IMG/VR virus record: IMGVR_UViG_3300035134_000066 | Location: 1-25,408 of that record | Length of the DNA: 25,408 nucleotides | Reading direction: 5' to 3' (one strand) | From: a virus | Lineage: Duplodnaviria > Caudoviricetes | Part shown: piece by piece, positions 1-9,198 of the stretch | Position numbering within the stretch: the stretch's first letter is position 1 | How the letters are laid out: every line of letters starts with the position of its first letter | Position numbers and translations under genes: made by a program | Notes under the pieces: model-generated | Told to the model about the DNA's origin: nothing | Database searches by the model: none | The model's input: only the letters and a program-made list of their open reading frames with translations

Positions 1-166
1 GATTCATAGACAGGGGGGGATAACTTAGGCCGAAAAATGGGATAACTCAGGATTCAGATGTGAGAAATCAGCCAAAAATCAGGGAATTTTCAGTGATTTT
101 GAAAGGAAAAATTACAATATATGTAACAAATTTTTCTATTTCTTCAACGTCAACATCAAGCTTCCT

Positions 167-1054
167 TCATTTGCTCATCTCGAAAGGATATTGACGGAGT
201 CGGAGTGACGGCGGGAAATCTTCAAGACGATTCGTGACTTTTCCGCCTTTCTCTATTTGTTTCACAAATAACGGAATACCTGCCCTTTCACCCTGCGAGA
301 CTAGAGCCAAAATCGCACCTGGCGGAGTCTGCCGCCTGCCTGGCCCTTTCTCAACTCCGGCGATTATCCAATCAATTACCGGCCGGGGGTCATTATTATA
401 CCAACACTCACAATAACCGTCACCTCTGCCATACGGCGTATCAATAACACCCTCAGCCCTAAATGTATAATTGCATTTCTTACAGCCATAAGGGAAAATC
501 CATTCTGGTTTGAGTTCTATCTCTGACAAAAGCGGTTCGGCAGATATCGCACGCCAACGGCAATTCATTTTTAATAGTATTGGGATTCTTAGGTCAGCAG
601 TTTCTTGATTTTCAGTCGAAACCCCAAACACAACATGAGGGAAAATCTCATCCGTACTTCTAATACCCTCATCCCCCACATAAGCCTCTAATACATCCTT
701 CATCCTTTCCGGCCTCTTGGTTAATATGACATATCGATGGTGGTTTTGTAGGTAAATAGTATCAAAAACATCCCAAATAAAACCGTCTGGGACATCCTTA
801 TGGAATAAATCACCCATGCTGCTAATAAAGATTATACGGGGTTTCTTCAATTTCGCAGGGTAATCAAGTCTACTTGAATCACAAACAACCTTGAATGGTT
901 CATTCTTTGGATAACCAAACCTACCGCGAAGGCGCGTCTCTGCAATCCGCTTTGCATAACAACGCTGGCAGCCCGGCGATATCGGTGTACACCCGTGATT
1001 CGGATTCCACGTGTCGGTACACCATTCAATCTTCGTGGTATTCTTGGTAGACAT
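167..1054 (-). CDS. Phage Gp37/Gp68 (DUF5131) family protein, radical-SAM-like
   Basis: N-terminal TKIEWCTDTWNP-x-GCTPISPGCQRCYA (CxxxxxxCxxC), SMGDLFH, LTKRPER, SAEPLL and IDWIIAG motifs typical of the family. Confidence 0.88.
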   Translation of the reverse strand: MSTKNTTKIEWCTDTWNPNHGCTPISPGCQRCYAKRIAETRLRGRFGYPKNEPFKVVCDSSRLDYPAKLKKPRIIFISSMGDLFHKDVPDGFIWDVFDTIYLQNHHRYVILTKRPERMKDVLEAYVGDEGIRSTDEIFPHVVFGVSTENQETADLRIPILLKMNCRWRAISAEPLLSEIELKPEWIFPYGCKKCNYTFRAEGVIDTPYGRGDGYCECWYNNDPRPVIDWIIAGVEKGPGRRQTPPGAILALVSQGERAGIPLFVKQIEKGGKVTNRLEDFPPSLRLRQYPFEMSK

Positions 1055-1538
1055 TAGCTCTTCTCCTTAACCTTAAACGGTGAAAAATGTAATTGATCCT
1101 GTAAAGCTTTTCGTTCTCTGCAGTTCTATATGAGGGAGCTAAACTCCTCATGAATATTTTTGTTTTGATGTTTAGCTCCTGGTCATCTTGAAAGCTTTCT
1201 AACAGTGAATCTTCCTGGAACGCCGTCATTTCTTCCCGGTATGCATCGTGGGATTCTAAAGTATCCGGTTCCGGGTCCGGCTGCTGCGAACCGACCTGTA
1301 ATTGAAGCCTGGTTTTGTTATTTTTATTAACCTCATACTGAAAATTCCAAAACGAACGAATCACCCGCCGTCTGGCAGCAACACGCTGGATCGATTGCCT
1401 GACTATTTCAAGAGGGATACCAGAGTTCCACCAATCACACAAAAAATGAAAATCCAGGGGGGTGATAAATTTTTGATGGCAATATATACCAAAGTATCGG
1501 ATAATTGCTGATATATATTGCTTTTCTGTCATCAACAC
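1026..1538 (-). CDS. Hypothetical protein with DnaD-like N-terminal motif
   Basis: ITPLDFHFLCDWWNSGIPLEIVRQSI resembles DnaD/DnaB_2-like helices; overlaps its neighbours in the operon. Confidence 0.5.
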   Translation of the reverse strand: MLMTEKQYISAIIRYFGIYCHQKFITPLDFHFLCDWWNSGIPLEIVRQSIQRVAARRRVIRSFWNFQYEVNKNNKTRLQLQVGSQQPDPEPDTLESHDAYREEMTAFQEDSLLESFQDDQELNIKTKIFMRSLAPSYRTAENEKLYRINYIFHRLRLRRRANVYQEYHED

Positions 1539-1789
1539 ACCTCATAACGTGTCTCTATAAGATAAATGGCAGTTGACAACGGTATGAGAATTCCACCGCG
1601 ACCGCCTGGCGTATTTTCTTTGATAATCATCTCAGGGGGAAGCCTGGAAAGAATACCAAAAAGGGTGGAAAGGGAAACGTCAAGAATTCCGGCAAGCTGT
1701 TTGCGGGTTAATACACCCTCATTTCCATCTGCAAATTCACTGGCTTTTTGCTTTTTGCCTATGATTATACTATTTGCATTCGCTGCCAT
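1532..1789 (-). CDS. Small HTH DNA-binding protein (excisionase/MerR-like; possible late-gene regulator)
   Basis: VLTRKQLAGILDVSLSTLFGIL helix-turn-helix; lies next to the GemA-like gene, where Mu-like phages carry Mor/C-type regulators. Confidence 0.6.
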   Translation of the reverse strand: MAANANSIIIGKKQKASEFADGNEGVLTRKQLAGILDVSLSTLFGILSRLPPEMIIKENTPGGRGGILIPLSTAIYLIETRYEVC

Positions 1790-2232
1790 ACTTCGTTTCT
1801 CCGTTTTTGATATTTCGCTTTAACCCTTTCAGAGAGTACCTCTATAATTTTATCGGCCTGCTCATCTGTCATGGGTTCATCCAGGCCGATATGTTCCCGG
1901 CAAAGCTTTTGGTAATCAAGCGGTTTGATTTTTGCAGTTGCTCTGAGGTTTTGGATTGCCTCTTTTTTGTCTTTTGTAATTAATTGTATTCTTTTATTAC
2001 CCTGGTTGATTTGGTGGGAATTTGAGCCATCCAGGGCGTTAGGATGGGCGATTAATAACTCAGATAGTACATCGCCCATCATTCCCGGGGTAAGCCGGGA
2101 ATCCCGGAGTGATTCACATCGAGTAACGGCCTGGAGCATCTCATAACAGGAGTTTTTACCAATAGCATGCACAAACACAAAAAATAATGCCCGCTGGCCG
2201 TCTCGAATCTTTGTTGTTTTTGGCATTTTCAC
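1765..2232 (-). CDS. GemA/gp16 (DUF1018)-like regulatory protein
   Basis: YEMLQAVTRCESLRD and MTDEQADKIIEVL resemble Mu GemA family motifs; position downstream of the transposition genes. Confidence 0.55.
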   Translation of the reverse strand: MKMPKTTKIRDGQRALFFVFVHAIGKNSCYEMLQAVTRCESLRDSRLTPGMMGDVLSELLIAHPNALDGSNSHQINQGNKRIQLITKDKKEAIQNLRATAKIKPLDYQKLCREHIGLDEPMTDEQADKIIEVLSERVKAKYQKRRNEVWQRMQIV

Positions 2233-2247
2233 TGCTCATATATACCG

Positions 2248-3324
2248 TTAAATATCGTTGATGATATCCTCTGACACCTGGGTTTCCCCGGTTAAATCCG
2301 CCTGGTAAAGTGCATAAGAACACAGTTCGTTAACTTCCTGGGGGGTTTCACATCGATTCGCAATTGCGGTCAATGACTCATCAGTAAATATATCAATGCT
2401 TCCCCCGGCTACCTCTACTTTGTGTTTGATATACTCTTTGACCTGGTCGATTTGAATTTCATTTCCTGCGTTGAAAGGGTCTAATTGAAAAAAGGATAAT
2501 CGCCTTCTGACCTCTCTGAGATTCAAGCTTTGAAGATCACTGACGACCTCTGGTTGTCCTATCAGAACAACTCCCAGCTTTGAGCTATGTACACCCAGTC
2601 CCTCATGGAACCTCTTTAGAGCTTTTAATATTTTGTGCTTCAATTGGTGTACTTCATCGAGAATAAGGGTAATGTTTTTCTTTTCTTTTTTTGCTTTCAT
2701 AACTGCCTTTGCAAGTTCCGTTGCTGTTTGGCGATGGGTTTGGGGCGGTTTTTTTCCCGTAACAGTTTCAATGATCTCCTGTGCGATATAGGATGAGGAG
2801 AAGTCTTCAATAAATAAAGGAGAATAATAAACGACGATATTACGCGGGGATTTGAGTTTTGAAAGAACTTCCTGGATTAGCACCGATTTTCCAGTGCCGG
2901 ATTCTCCGTACACTAAAAGGAAATTGTTTTTCCGGCTTGCTTCAAGAATCATGCCCAGGGCAGTCTTAAAGGTCTGGCTTTTCCAGATTTCATTTTTTGG
3001 GATATTCCCATCCTCGAATGGGTCCTTTTTAAATCCAAATTTCTTAAGAAGTGAATCTGATAACATCATTTTTAAGACCTCCTTTTTTTTCTTTTTGGTT
3101 TCTTTTGGGGGGGTTGGTTTAAATCTTTTTCTCTTTGTATCCTTCTCTAACAGGTTTAAAGCGTTTGCTATTGAATTCAACAAAGAAGTTTTTTTTGTTC
3201 GTCCTTTAAGGGCGTCATTTATTGAGCCTTTTGAGAGACCTACTATATCGGCTATTTGCTGAAATGAGGCCTCTATTTCTATTCGTTTTTGTGCTAACTG
3301 TTGATAATAAGGTATATCATGCAT
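2248..3324 (-). CDS. Transposition AAA+ ATPase (MuB/ExeA-like) with N-terminal HTH
   Basis: Walker A GESGTGKS, Walker B LILDEVH, VLIGQPE, arginine-finger region EVRRR; N-terminal HTH FQQIADIVGLSKGSINDAL; directly downstream of the transposase. Confidence 0.88.
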   Translation of the reverse strand: MHDIPYYQQLAQKRIEIEASFQQIADIVGLSKGSINDALKGRTKKTSLLNSIANALNLLEKDTKRKRFKPTPPKETKKKKKEVLKMMLSDSLLKKFGFKKDPFEDGNIPKNEIWKSQTFKTALGMILEASRKNNFLLVYGESGTGKSVLIQEVLSKLKSPRNIVVYYSPLFIEDFSSSYIAQEIIETVTGKKPPQTHRQTATELAKAVMKAKKEKKNITLILDEVHQLKHKILKALKRFHEGLGVHSSKLGVVLIGQPEVVSDLQSLNLREVRRRLSFFQLDPFNAGNEIQIDQVKEYIKHKVEVAGGSIDIFTDESLTAIANRCETPQEVNELCSYALYQADLTGETQVSEDIINDI

Positions 3325-5080
3325 TGGAACCTCCTTCCGCTGCTTTTCGACCTAATTGAATTAGATCGTATATATCGTCGATGTCCTTTTCAGTAAAGGA
3401 CTTTTTGTCTTTTGCAAGGCTTTCAAATATAGTGATATCTTCTCTATTCAAGCGGCGGCCTAATTTTTTAACAAGTTGCTTTCTGACCTGGTGTCCTGTA
3501 TACTCGACATCTTTGATATCCAGATCGCTGGTAACCTGGATGGTTTTTCCTACTTTCGGGAGTATTGCGGGGGTATCTTTGGGGATAGGGATTTTGAAGG
3601 GGTGGCCGCCTTTGGCTTGTTCTGGTAATTCGACTTTTTCGATTTTTTCAAAGGCTTTTTGGGTTTTGTTTTTGGGTGCTTTCCGGGGTTCTGTGACGGG
3701 AAGGGCATTCAGGCCGAAACCGTCTTGATCTTTTGTTGAAGGTAGAACCGTCAACGTCTGGATATCTGTTCTCAAAACGTTGTCAAGGTTGGTTGTTTTT
3801 GAAGGGTACTGAATTGTAACCGCTCCATTCTTTTCATACTCGAATGGATGGATATATACATCGATCTTTGCACCGTCAGGAAGCCCTTTGACACGATATT
3901 CCGGGCCGAACTCCGCACCCTGAACCTTAAAACTAAATTTCCCCTCTCTGACTGTCCTGGGTTCTGACTCAGAATAGAGTAAAGTTTTATACACACTCCA
4001 TTCCGGGCACTCCCGCAGGTGGTCTCCTATTCGATTGTTCCATTTTTGAAAACGGGGTTGTCCGTGCCGGGAGTGTTTTTTTGTCATTTGAAAGTATAGA
4101 CTATAAGCGAACGCCCATTCGTTCACTTCGTCAATGTCTTTGGGCTTGAATTGGTCAAGTAGAAACACGCTTTCAAACCATCGCTGCCAGACATTTATAT
4201 GCGATTCTACGCTGCCTTTCGTCCAGGGGCTATATTTTTCTAATTTCGGGACTTTGATATCCAGGTATTTGAAGAGCCGCTGCATTGCATAGGAATGCAG
4301 AGCTTTGTCATTATCGATAAAGAGGATATCCGGCAATCCGTGAAAGACGAATTTGTTATTATCTTTGATTGACCAGGCCCGGTATAGGAAATCGGCAATT
4401 TCAATCACCCGTTGATTGGTGTAATATTCGACATAAAAGGCCCCGCTGAGGTGATCTGTAATCACCATCAAACGGAGCTGCTGTTTTTTGAAAAGGGCTT
4501 CATTTTCCGGCTTATTTTTGTTATAATCGCGTTTCCACATGGGTATTAACCCTTTCTCCGGATCAAGGGCAAAATTTGAAACTGAGAAGTCAAGGGAGTG
4601 CAATTGGTTTGCATAATCGGATTTTCTTTCGTTGGTAGGAACCGGCAGCCGGGCATGGCGGCGGGAGAGTTCGAGACGGCGGAGAATATGTCTGAGTTGA
4701 TGGTCACCTGGCAGGTGGTTGGTGCTTTGGCCGCTGAGAATTTCAAAAACCTGCCTTGCCCGTTCAAGAGGCATCCGGCTTTCTTTTGCGTTTATATGTT
4801 TCGTGTGGTGATATACCGCCGCAGTGCCTTTGATTTCTTCCGAATCCTCGAAACGTTCACCCGTTGATCGTAATTTCCCGGCATCTTTTCGGAGTCTTTT
4901 CCCGGACCTCCAGCCTTCTTTCCTGGCCCAGGCATATATAGTTCTTTTATCGTAATGGAACTGCTCTGCAAAGGCTTTGACAATTGCAGTGCAGGTGTTC
5001 CCCTTTTGTGTTGCGGCAGCCATTTTTGCTGCCAGGAGTTTTTTAGTCTCCCTTGAAGGTTTAATTTTCTTTTTCATCAC
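3317..5080 (-). CDS. DDE transposase (MuA-like / integrase core)
   Basis: Catalytic triad LHSLD...LFIDND-(D-x35-E)-KGSVESH; N-terminal HTH-like TIYAWARK and RKDAGK motif; coupled to the ATPase gene. Confidence 0.88.
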   Translation of the reverse strand: MMKKKIKPSRETKKLLAAKMAAATQKGNTCTAIVKAFAEQFHYDKRTIYAWARKEGWRSGKRLRKDAGKLRSTGERFEDSEEIKGTAAVYHHTKHINAKESRMPLERARQVFEILSGQSTNHLPGDHQLRHILRRLELSRRHARLPVPTNERKSDYANQLHSLDFSVSNFALDPEKGLIPMWKRDYNKNKPENEALFKKQQLRLMVITDHLSGAFYVEYYTNQRVIEIADFLYRAWSIKDNNKFVFHGLPDILFIDNDKALHSYAMQRLFKYLDIKVPKLEKYSPWTKGSVESHINVWQRWFESVFLLDQFKPKDIDEVNEWAFAYSLYFQMTKKHSRHGQPRFQKWNNRIGDHLRECPEWSVYKTLLYSESEPRTVREGKFSFKVQGAEFGPEYRVKGLPDGAKIDVYIHPFEYEKNGAVTIQYPSKTTNLDNVLRTDIQTLTVLPSTKDQDGFGLNALPVTEPRKAPKNKTQKAFEKIEKVELPEQAKGGHPFKIPIPKDTPAILPKVGKTIQVTSDLDIKDVEYTGHQVRKQLVKKLGRRLNREDITIFESLAKDKKSFTEKDIDDIYDLIQLGRKAAEGGSNA

Positions 5081-6164
5081 CGAGCTTTTGTATTATATCT
5101 TCCGGGGTCATGATATTGCCGGCGGTATCCGTATCGAACGTCATATTAAGCATGGTTTTAAGGCTTGCATTGAGATTATCGATGTAGAAGACCGTTCCAA
5201 CAATTATCTCTAAAATTTGACCATTTGTGGGGTTTTTCTCGTAGAGTTTACGCAACCCTGTAATGACTTTCAGGAAGTCATCCTGGTAAGCCTGGCATAC
5301 CTTTTGGGTGGTTTCGACTTCTTTTCCGGGTTTGGTTTCTTCCAGGAGCTGGCCTTTTATTTCCTGGTATTTCTTGTCAAGTTCATCGGCTTCTTTCCTG
5401 GCGGTTTCGGCTTCTTTTTTCGTCTCTGCTTTTTCGAGTTGGAGCCTGGCAATAATGGCCTGGATTTTATCCTTATTTTCCGGAGTCAACTCTTCTTCAA
5501 CACCATCGATTTCTATTTTGTATCCATTTTCAGTCTGTTTGATCTCGAATTCATTATCTATTGTAGTTAAAAAATTCAGGTCACTTTGTTTTAATTTGGC
5601 ATTCGAGAGTGCCTTGTAACCCTTTACTCCTAATGCCTTTAACTGTTCACGTAATTTTTTTCCTGAACTCAGTGACAACCCGAATTGCTTACAAAATGTC
5701 GTAAAATTCTTGACCCCTAATTCTGTTTTATATCGTTTGTTTTGGCTGAATTTATGGAATTTCATTAACTTTGAGTATTCAATCAACGATTCAGCAAGTT
5801 CAAGACCTTCCACGATGCCAACATCTTCCCAAAATTCATCACGGACATTTTTTTTCATTAAGGGATTATCTGTTGTCTCTGCTGCCGCCTGGACTATTTC
5901 GGCGGCTTTTTCGAGTACATCCATTTCGTTGCCTTCATCTGGCATAATGACCTCCTTTTTGTTTTGTTTTTTGGGTTCTCCGGTACAATTTTCTATCAGG
6001 CTTTTTTTGTCTGTAACATGTATAATTGAGCTACCAAGGCCATATCTCTTACCTCTTAGCCCACACTTTTTACATTTCCACCAATCAAACCCGCCTGGTT
6101 CAGTTACCAGACTTTCTTTGTCAAAATCGTGTAAATCATCATCGATAAAAATTCCTTTTTTCAT
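5061..6164 (-). CDS. Mu-like phage protein (DUF3102-like core plus coiled coil) with N-terminal Cys-motif extension
   Basis: RYKTELGVKNFTTFCKQFGLS motif and long coiled coil; N-terminal CKKCG; SD AGGAGG upstream of the start; immediately upstream of the transposase. Confidence 0.55.
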   Translation of the reverse strand: MKKGIFIDDDLHDFDKESLVTEPGGFDWWKCKKCGLRGKRYGLGSSIIHVTDKKSLIENCTGEPKKQNKKEVIMPDEGNEMDVLEKAAEIVQAAAETTDNPLMKKNVRDEFWEDVGIVEGLELAESLIEYSKLMKFHKFSQNKRYKTELGVKNFTTFCKQFGLSLSSGKKLREQLKALGVKGYKALSNAKLKQSDLNFLTTIDNEFEIKQTENGYKIEIDGVEEELTPENKDKIQAIIARLQLEKAETKKEAETARKEADELDKKYQEIKGQLLEETKPGKEVETTQKVCQAYQDDFLKVITGLRKLYEKNPTNGQILEIIVGTVFYIDNLNASLKTMLNMTFDTDTAGNIMTPEDIIQKLGDEKEN

Positions 6165-6176
6165 GTATCCTCCTTA

Positions 6177-6377
6177 TCAATTAGGGGTGCATAATTCCCC
6201 TAAAATATATTTCCTTCCTTCGGTTTTTTTCAGGAAGCCTGCCTGGCAGGCCGCCTGGCAATACCGGCAAACGTCAACCCTATCATATCCGGTGAGTTCG
6301 ACGATTTGAGTCTGGGTGAGATTGTTGAACTTGCGAACGATTCGGACAATGGTTGACAGTTTTTCAACGGTGGTCAT
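6177..6377 (-). CDS. Small winged-HTH (IclR/MarR-like) DNA-binding protein
   Basis: LTQTQIVELTGYDRVDVCRYCQAACQAGFLKK...KYILG; ATGA overlap with the upstream gene. Confidence 0.7.
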   Translation of the reverse strand: MTTVEKLSTIVRIVRKFNNLTQTQIVELTGYDRVDVCRYCQAACQAGFLKKTEGRKYILGELCTPN

Positions 6378-7033
6378 TTTGATTTTTCCTTTTTTGATTT
6401 TTTAACTGGGAATATGGGGTCGAGAGAGGCGAAATCAAGGGAAATCATTTCTTCCTTTTTTTCAGGATCCGTCCTCTCATAAACACCATAATACAGTTTT
6501 GATGCTGCATCCCGTTCGGCTGCCGATACCAGTTCCATTGCTTTTTTCCATTTTTCATCTTTGATTTTGAGATGTTTCAATGACTTTAGCCCTTTAAAGC
6601 TTAATCGTCCATTCGCGTCGGGTTTCATGACTTGCTGGATTATTGTCTTTGCGGGAGTCTGAACGTCAGAAGTCCAACTATCCATACATTCGTTAATTAG
6701 TTGGACGGCTTGTTGAAGCCGTTCATCAAAAACAACATAAGGACTTCTGGAGCGTTTCACTTTCCTGGTGATGGAAAAGTTTGAAATGGTAAGACCGTCC
6801 TTTTCCCCACCAGCCTTAACACCATTCAGCCGGAACGAAAAATCTTCAAAATCTTCGAATATCTTGATCATTTTTCCTTTAGCTTTCCGCATTCTCTTTT
6901 GAAGATTAACCGCAATTTTGTAGATTTGTTCAGCGGCTTTGTCCCTTTTTTTGTCAATCCGTTCAACCATAGATGGGTGAACGGGGTTACCCCTGGAGTT
7001 GATCCAGTTGCCCAATTCATCTTTATCAGCCAT
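6374..7033 (-). CDS. DUF3164 family protein (Mu-like phage early gene)
   Basis: WINSRGNPVHPSMVERIDKKRD, FDERLQQAVQLINECM, WKKAMELV and ISLDFA motifs; strong SD AAGGAGGT. Confidence 0.8.
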   Translation of the reverse strand: MADKDELGNWINSRGNPVHPSMVERIDKKRDKAAEQIYKIAVNLQKRMRKAKGKMIKIFEDFEDFSFRLNGVKAGGEKDGLTISNFSITRKVKRSRSPYVVFDERLQQAVQLINECMDSWTSDVQTPAKTIIQQVMKPDANGRLSFKGLKSLKHLKIKDEKWKKAMELVSAAERDAASKLYYGVYERTDPEKKEEMISLDFASLDPIFPVKKSKKEKSK

Positions 7034-7034
7034 T

Positions 7035-7175
7035 TTATTTTACCTCCTTTTTTATAAAATGTTCATACCACGGCCAGGACCTGGGGTCCGGGCCGAACTG
7101 TGCCGAATATACCCGGTAGATTTCCGGGTTAATTTGCTTTTTAAGCTCTTCAATTTCCTTTTCTTTATTTGTCAT
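7035..7175 (-). CDS. Small hypothetical protein (46 aa, MTNKEKEIEELKK...KEVK), not in the ORF track
   Basis: Fills the gap between 7177 and 7033 exactly; ends over the next gene's SD, as other genes in this operon do. Confidence 0.55.
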   Translation of the reverse strand: MTNKEKEIEELKKQINPEIYRVYSAQFGPDPRSWPWYEHFIKKEVK

Positions 7176-7176
7176 A

Positions 7177-8040
7177 TCACACCATAAGGCAGGTCTTACA
7201 GACCGGCACTTGTTTTAATTCATTTTTCGTTTTAGTAGAGCAATTAAGAAGCACATTATCTGTACTCTCTGCATAAGTATTGAATCTCCCTTCCCTGAGT
7301 CCCCATCCATCCTTATCTGAGTCAACAAAAAGAATGAGGTCATCTTTCCGGGCCAGGTTGATATTGCTGAGAAGTGAAAGTATTTCTGTGATAAGGGTTA
7401 TCTTTATATCCAGGTATTCTTCAATTTCGGTGGGATTGTCAAGTCCCCTCATTTGCTTTAGTTGAATAAGGAGTCCCTGACTTTCTTTGAAATATTGCTT
7501 TGCTCTCAAACTCCTTATTTTGATGTTTTCGAGTGCTAAAAGGATACGATGTTTAAGCGAATGGGCAATGCCGGAAATGGGTTCCAAGAGGTCAATTGAA
7601 TCGGCAGCGAATATTCGCTGCATTCTTTTTAATAGCATTTTGTATGGAGTAAAGATTTCTTTTTGGGTTCGTTTTTTGGCTTTCCCGGGAAGCACACCGC
7701 GCAGGGCGCGTTCGACATTTCCTATTCCAGGTTTGAAATTTGTGGTTTGATAATGTCTTATATGGTATCTGTCCCGGTAGTTTTTGATGCTATCGGATTC
7801 GTACTCAGGTGAAAAGTCTGTGACTACTTCCTTCGGTATCCCATACCAGCCGGAAATCATTTGAAGAAAATTCAGTATGATAGTTTCGTTGATCTCATGA
7901 CTTGAAACGATTGTAACTTGCTGTGTGCCTTGAAAGTACGCTGCCAGGACAAAGGTTCCCAGGTTTTTGACAATGTCCAGGTAGACGGTGTCTGTAGGAT
8001 TAATTGTCATGGTTTGGTCTGATAAGCCTTTACTGGACAT
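7177..8040 (-). CDS. Protein with stand-alone integrase-core (rve/RNase H-like DDE) N-terminal domain and unknown helical C-terminal domain
   Basis: VYLD...YGIPKEVVTDFSPEY...HIRHYQTTNFKPGIGNVERA matches the retroviral-integrase/IS3-IS481 core pattern (D-x34-E); SD AAGGAGGT. Confidence 0.65.
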   Translation of the reverse strand: MSSKGLSDQTMTINPTDTVYLDIVKNLGTFVLAAYFQGTQQVTIVSSHEINETIILNFLQMISGWYGIPKEVVTDFSPEYESDSIKNYRDRYHIRHYQTTNFKPGIGNVERALRGVLPGKAKKRTQKEIFTPYKMLLKRMQRIFAADSIDLLEPISGIAHSLKHRILLALENIKIRSLRAKQYFKESQGLLIQLKQMRGLDNPTEIEEYLDIKITLITEILSLLSNINLARKDDLILFVDSDKDGWGLREGRFNTYAESTDNVLLNCSTKTKNELKQVPVCKTCLMV

Positions 8041-8041
8041 A

Positions 8042-8389
8042 TTAGACCTCCTTAATATTGAAATCCTGTCCGTTTATGCCTTTGTATTCAAAGGAATGGA
8101 CTTTGAATACATCCTGGTGGACAGGATACCAGGGGAAGTAGTTCCCCTGTTCAAGAGTTGTGATTATTCTAAAATCGGAATACTCCATTTCAATAGCATT
8201 AAATATGAGAGACTTTGTCATCAATATAAGAAATGTATTAAGCCAATTGTCCGTCTCATCAAAGGCTTTATCCCAGGCATCCTGGTCAAAGTGTTCCGCA
8301 GACATCTCAATAAGATCATAAATTTTTGTTAAGTCTATCATATAAACAATCTCGAAACCTGCAAAAAGCACCTGGATTTTTTGCATCAT
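8042..8389 (-). CDS. Hypothetical phage protein
   Basis: SD AAGGAGGT, ATGA overlap with the upstream gene, operon context. Confidence 0.6.
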   Translation of the reverse strand: MMQKIQVLFAGFEIVYMIDLTKIYDLIEMSAEHFDQDAWDKAFDETDNWLNTFLILMTKSLIFNAIEMEYSDFRIITTLEQGNYFPWYPVHQDVFKVHSFEYKGINGQDFNIKEV

Positions 8390-9198
8390 GAGACCTCCTT
8401 TTTTTTGCTCATATGGTAGATTTTGTCTTTGTCTATACCGGAGCCTTTTTCAAAGTATTCGCAAAGGTGTTCATTTACTGGTGGGAAATCGACAAGAGAG
8501 GTGTACAGTTTCCGGTAGTATTCCAGTTCGTGGAATAGCCATTCTGTGAATTCAGATGCGACCTTGATGTGGCTGATGTAATCAAGCAGTATAAAGACGT
8601 AATATTCTGAAAAAAACAGGGTGTCATCGACGAAATCGGCAAGGGGTGTTTTACCTTCTTTACGGTCAAAATTCTCTGGTAATACGCTATTTTTAAAATG
8701 GAGTGCAAGTTCAAACTGCTTAATTATAAGAGCGAAATTATAGTCGGTGATATACAACACCCCGGTATTTTCATCACGGAAAAAGGCAACGGGGATATTT
8801 TTGTACATCCGGCAAAAAGCGGGTTTAAGGCAAAGCTTTTCCCATACTTTTACTTTTTTGGTTTGAGTATCGGGGGTTATCGGTGCGCGTTGTTTGGCCC
8901 AGGAGACGAATTCTTTTGCTATGGGGAATTCTTTTATAATGTTGGCAAAGCGTTCTACCTGGTATAAGGAAATCATCTGACACATGGTTTTTGATATATA
9001 GGTGGGTTGGCCTATATGAGCATCAACAGTAATAATTTTGTTTTTTGAAATAGAAAGCCCCAGTTGACCTTCTGTAAGAAAGCCCAACGGTTTTGTGAGT
9101 TGGAAGGTAGGAAAGAAGATATTTCCGTCCGCTAAATAGAAATGAATATCAAAGTCATTGAAAAAGTCAGCTTTAAATGGTTTCATCTTTCCCCCCAT
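8386..9198 (-). CDS. Protein with two divergent Bro-N-like domains
   Basis: Two segments show the Bro-N pattern: beta-strands, then IFF..QLTKPLGF...AKEFVSWA, and LYIT...FFSEYYVFILL...ASEFTEWL. Confidence 0.5.
   Translation of the reverse strand: MGGKMKPFKADFFNDFDIHFYLADGNIFFPTFQLTKPLGFLTEGQLGLSISKNKIITVDAHIGQPTYISKTMCQMISLYQVERFANIIKEFPIAKEFVSWAKQRAPITPDTQTKKVKVWEKLCLKPAFCRMYKNIPVAFFRDENTGVLYITDYNFALIIKQFELALHFKNSVLPENFDRKEGKTPLADFVDDTLFFSEYYVFILLDYISHIKVASEFTEWLFHELEYYRKLYTSLVDFPPVNEHLCEYFEKGSGIDKDKIYHMSKKKEVS

Noticed and set aside
7177-8040. Inserted IS3/IS481 element
   Set aside because: No terminal inverted repeats, target duplication or N-terminal HTH seen; the gene is tightly integrated in the operon.
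234-8967. Numerous plus-strand ORFs in the early region (e.g. 2852-3262, 5710-6309, 7988-8332)
   Set aside because: Antisense shadows of well-supported minus-strand genes, with Phe/Ser-rich composition and no recognisable motifs.
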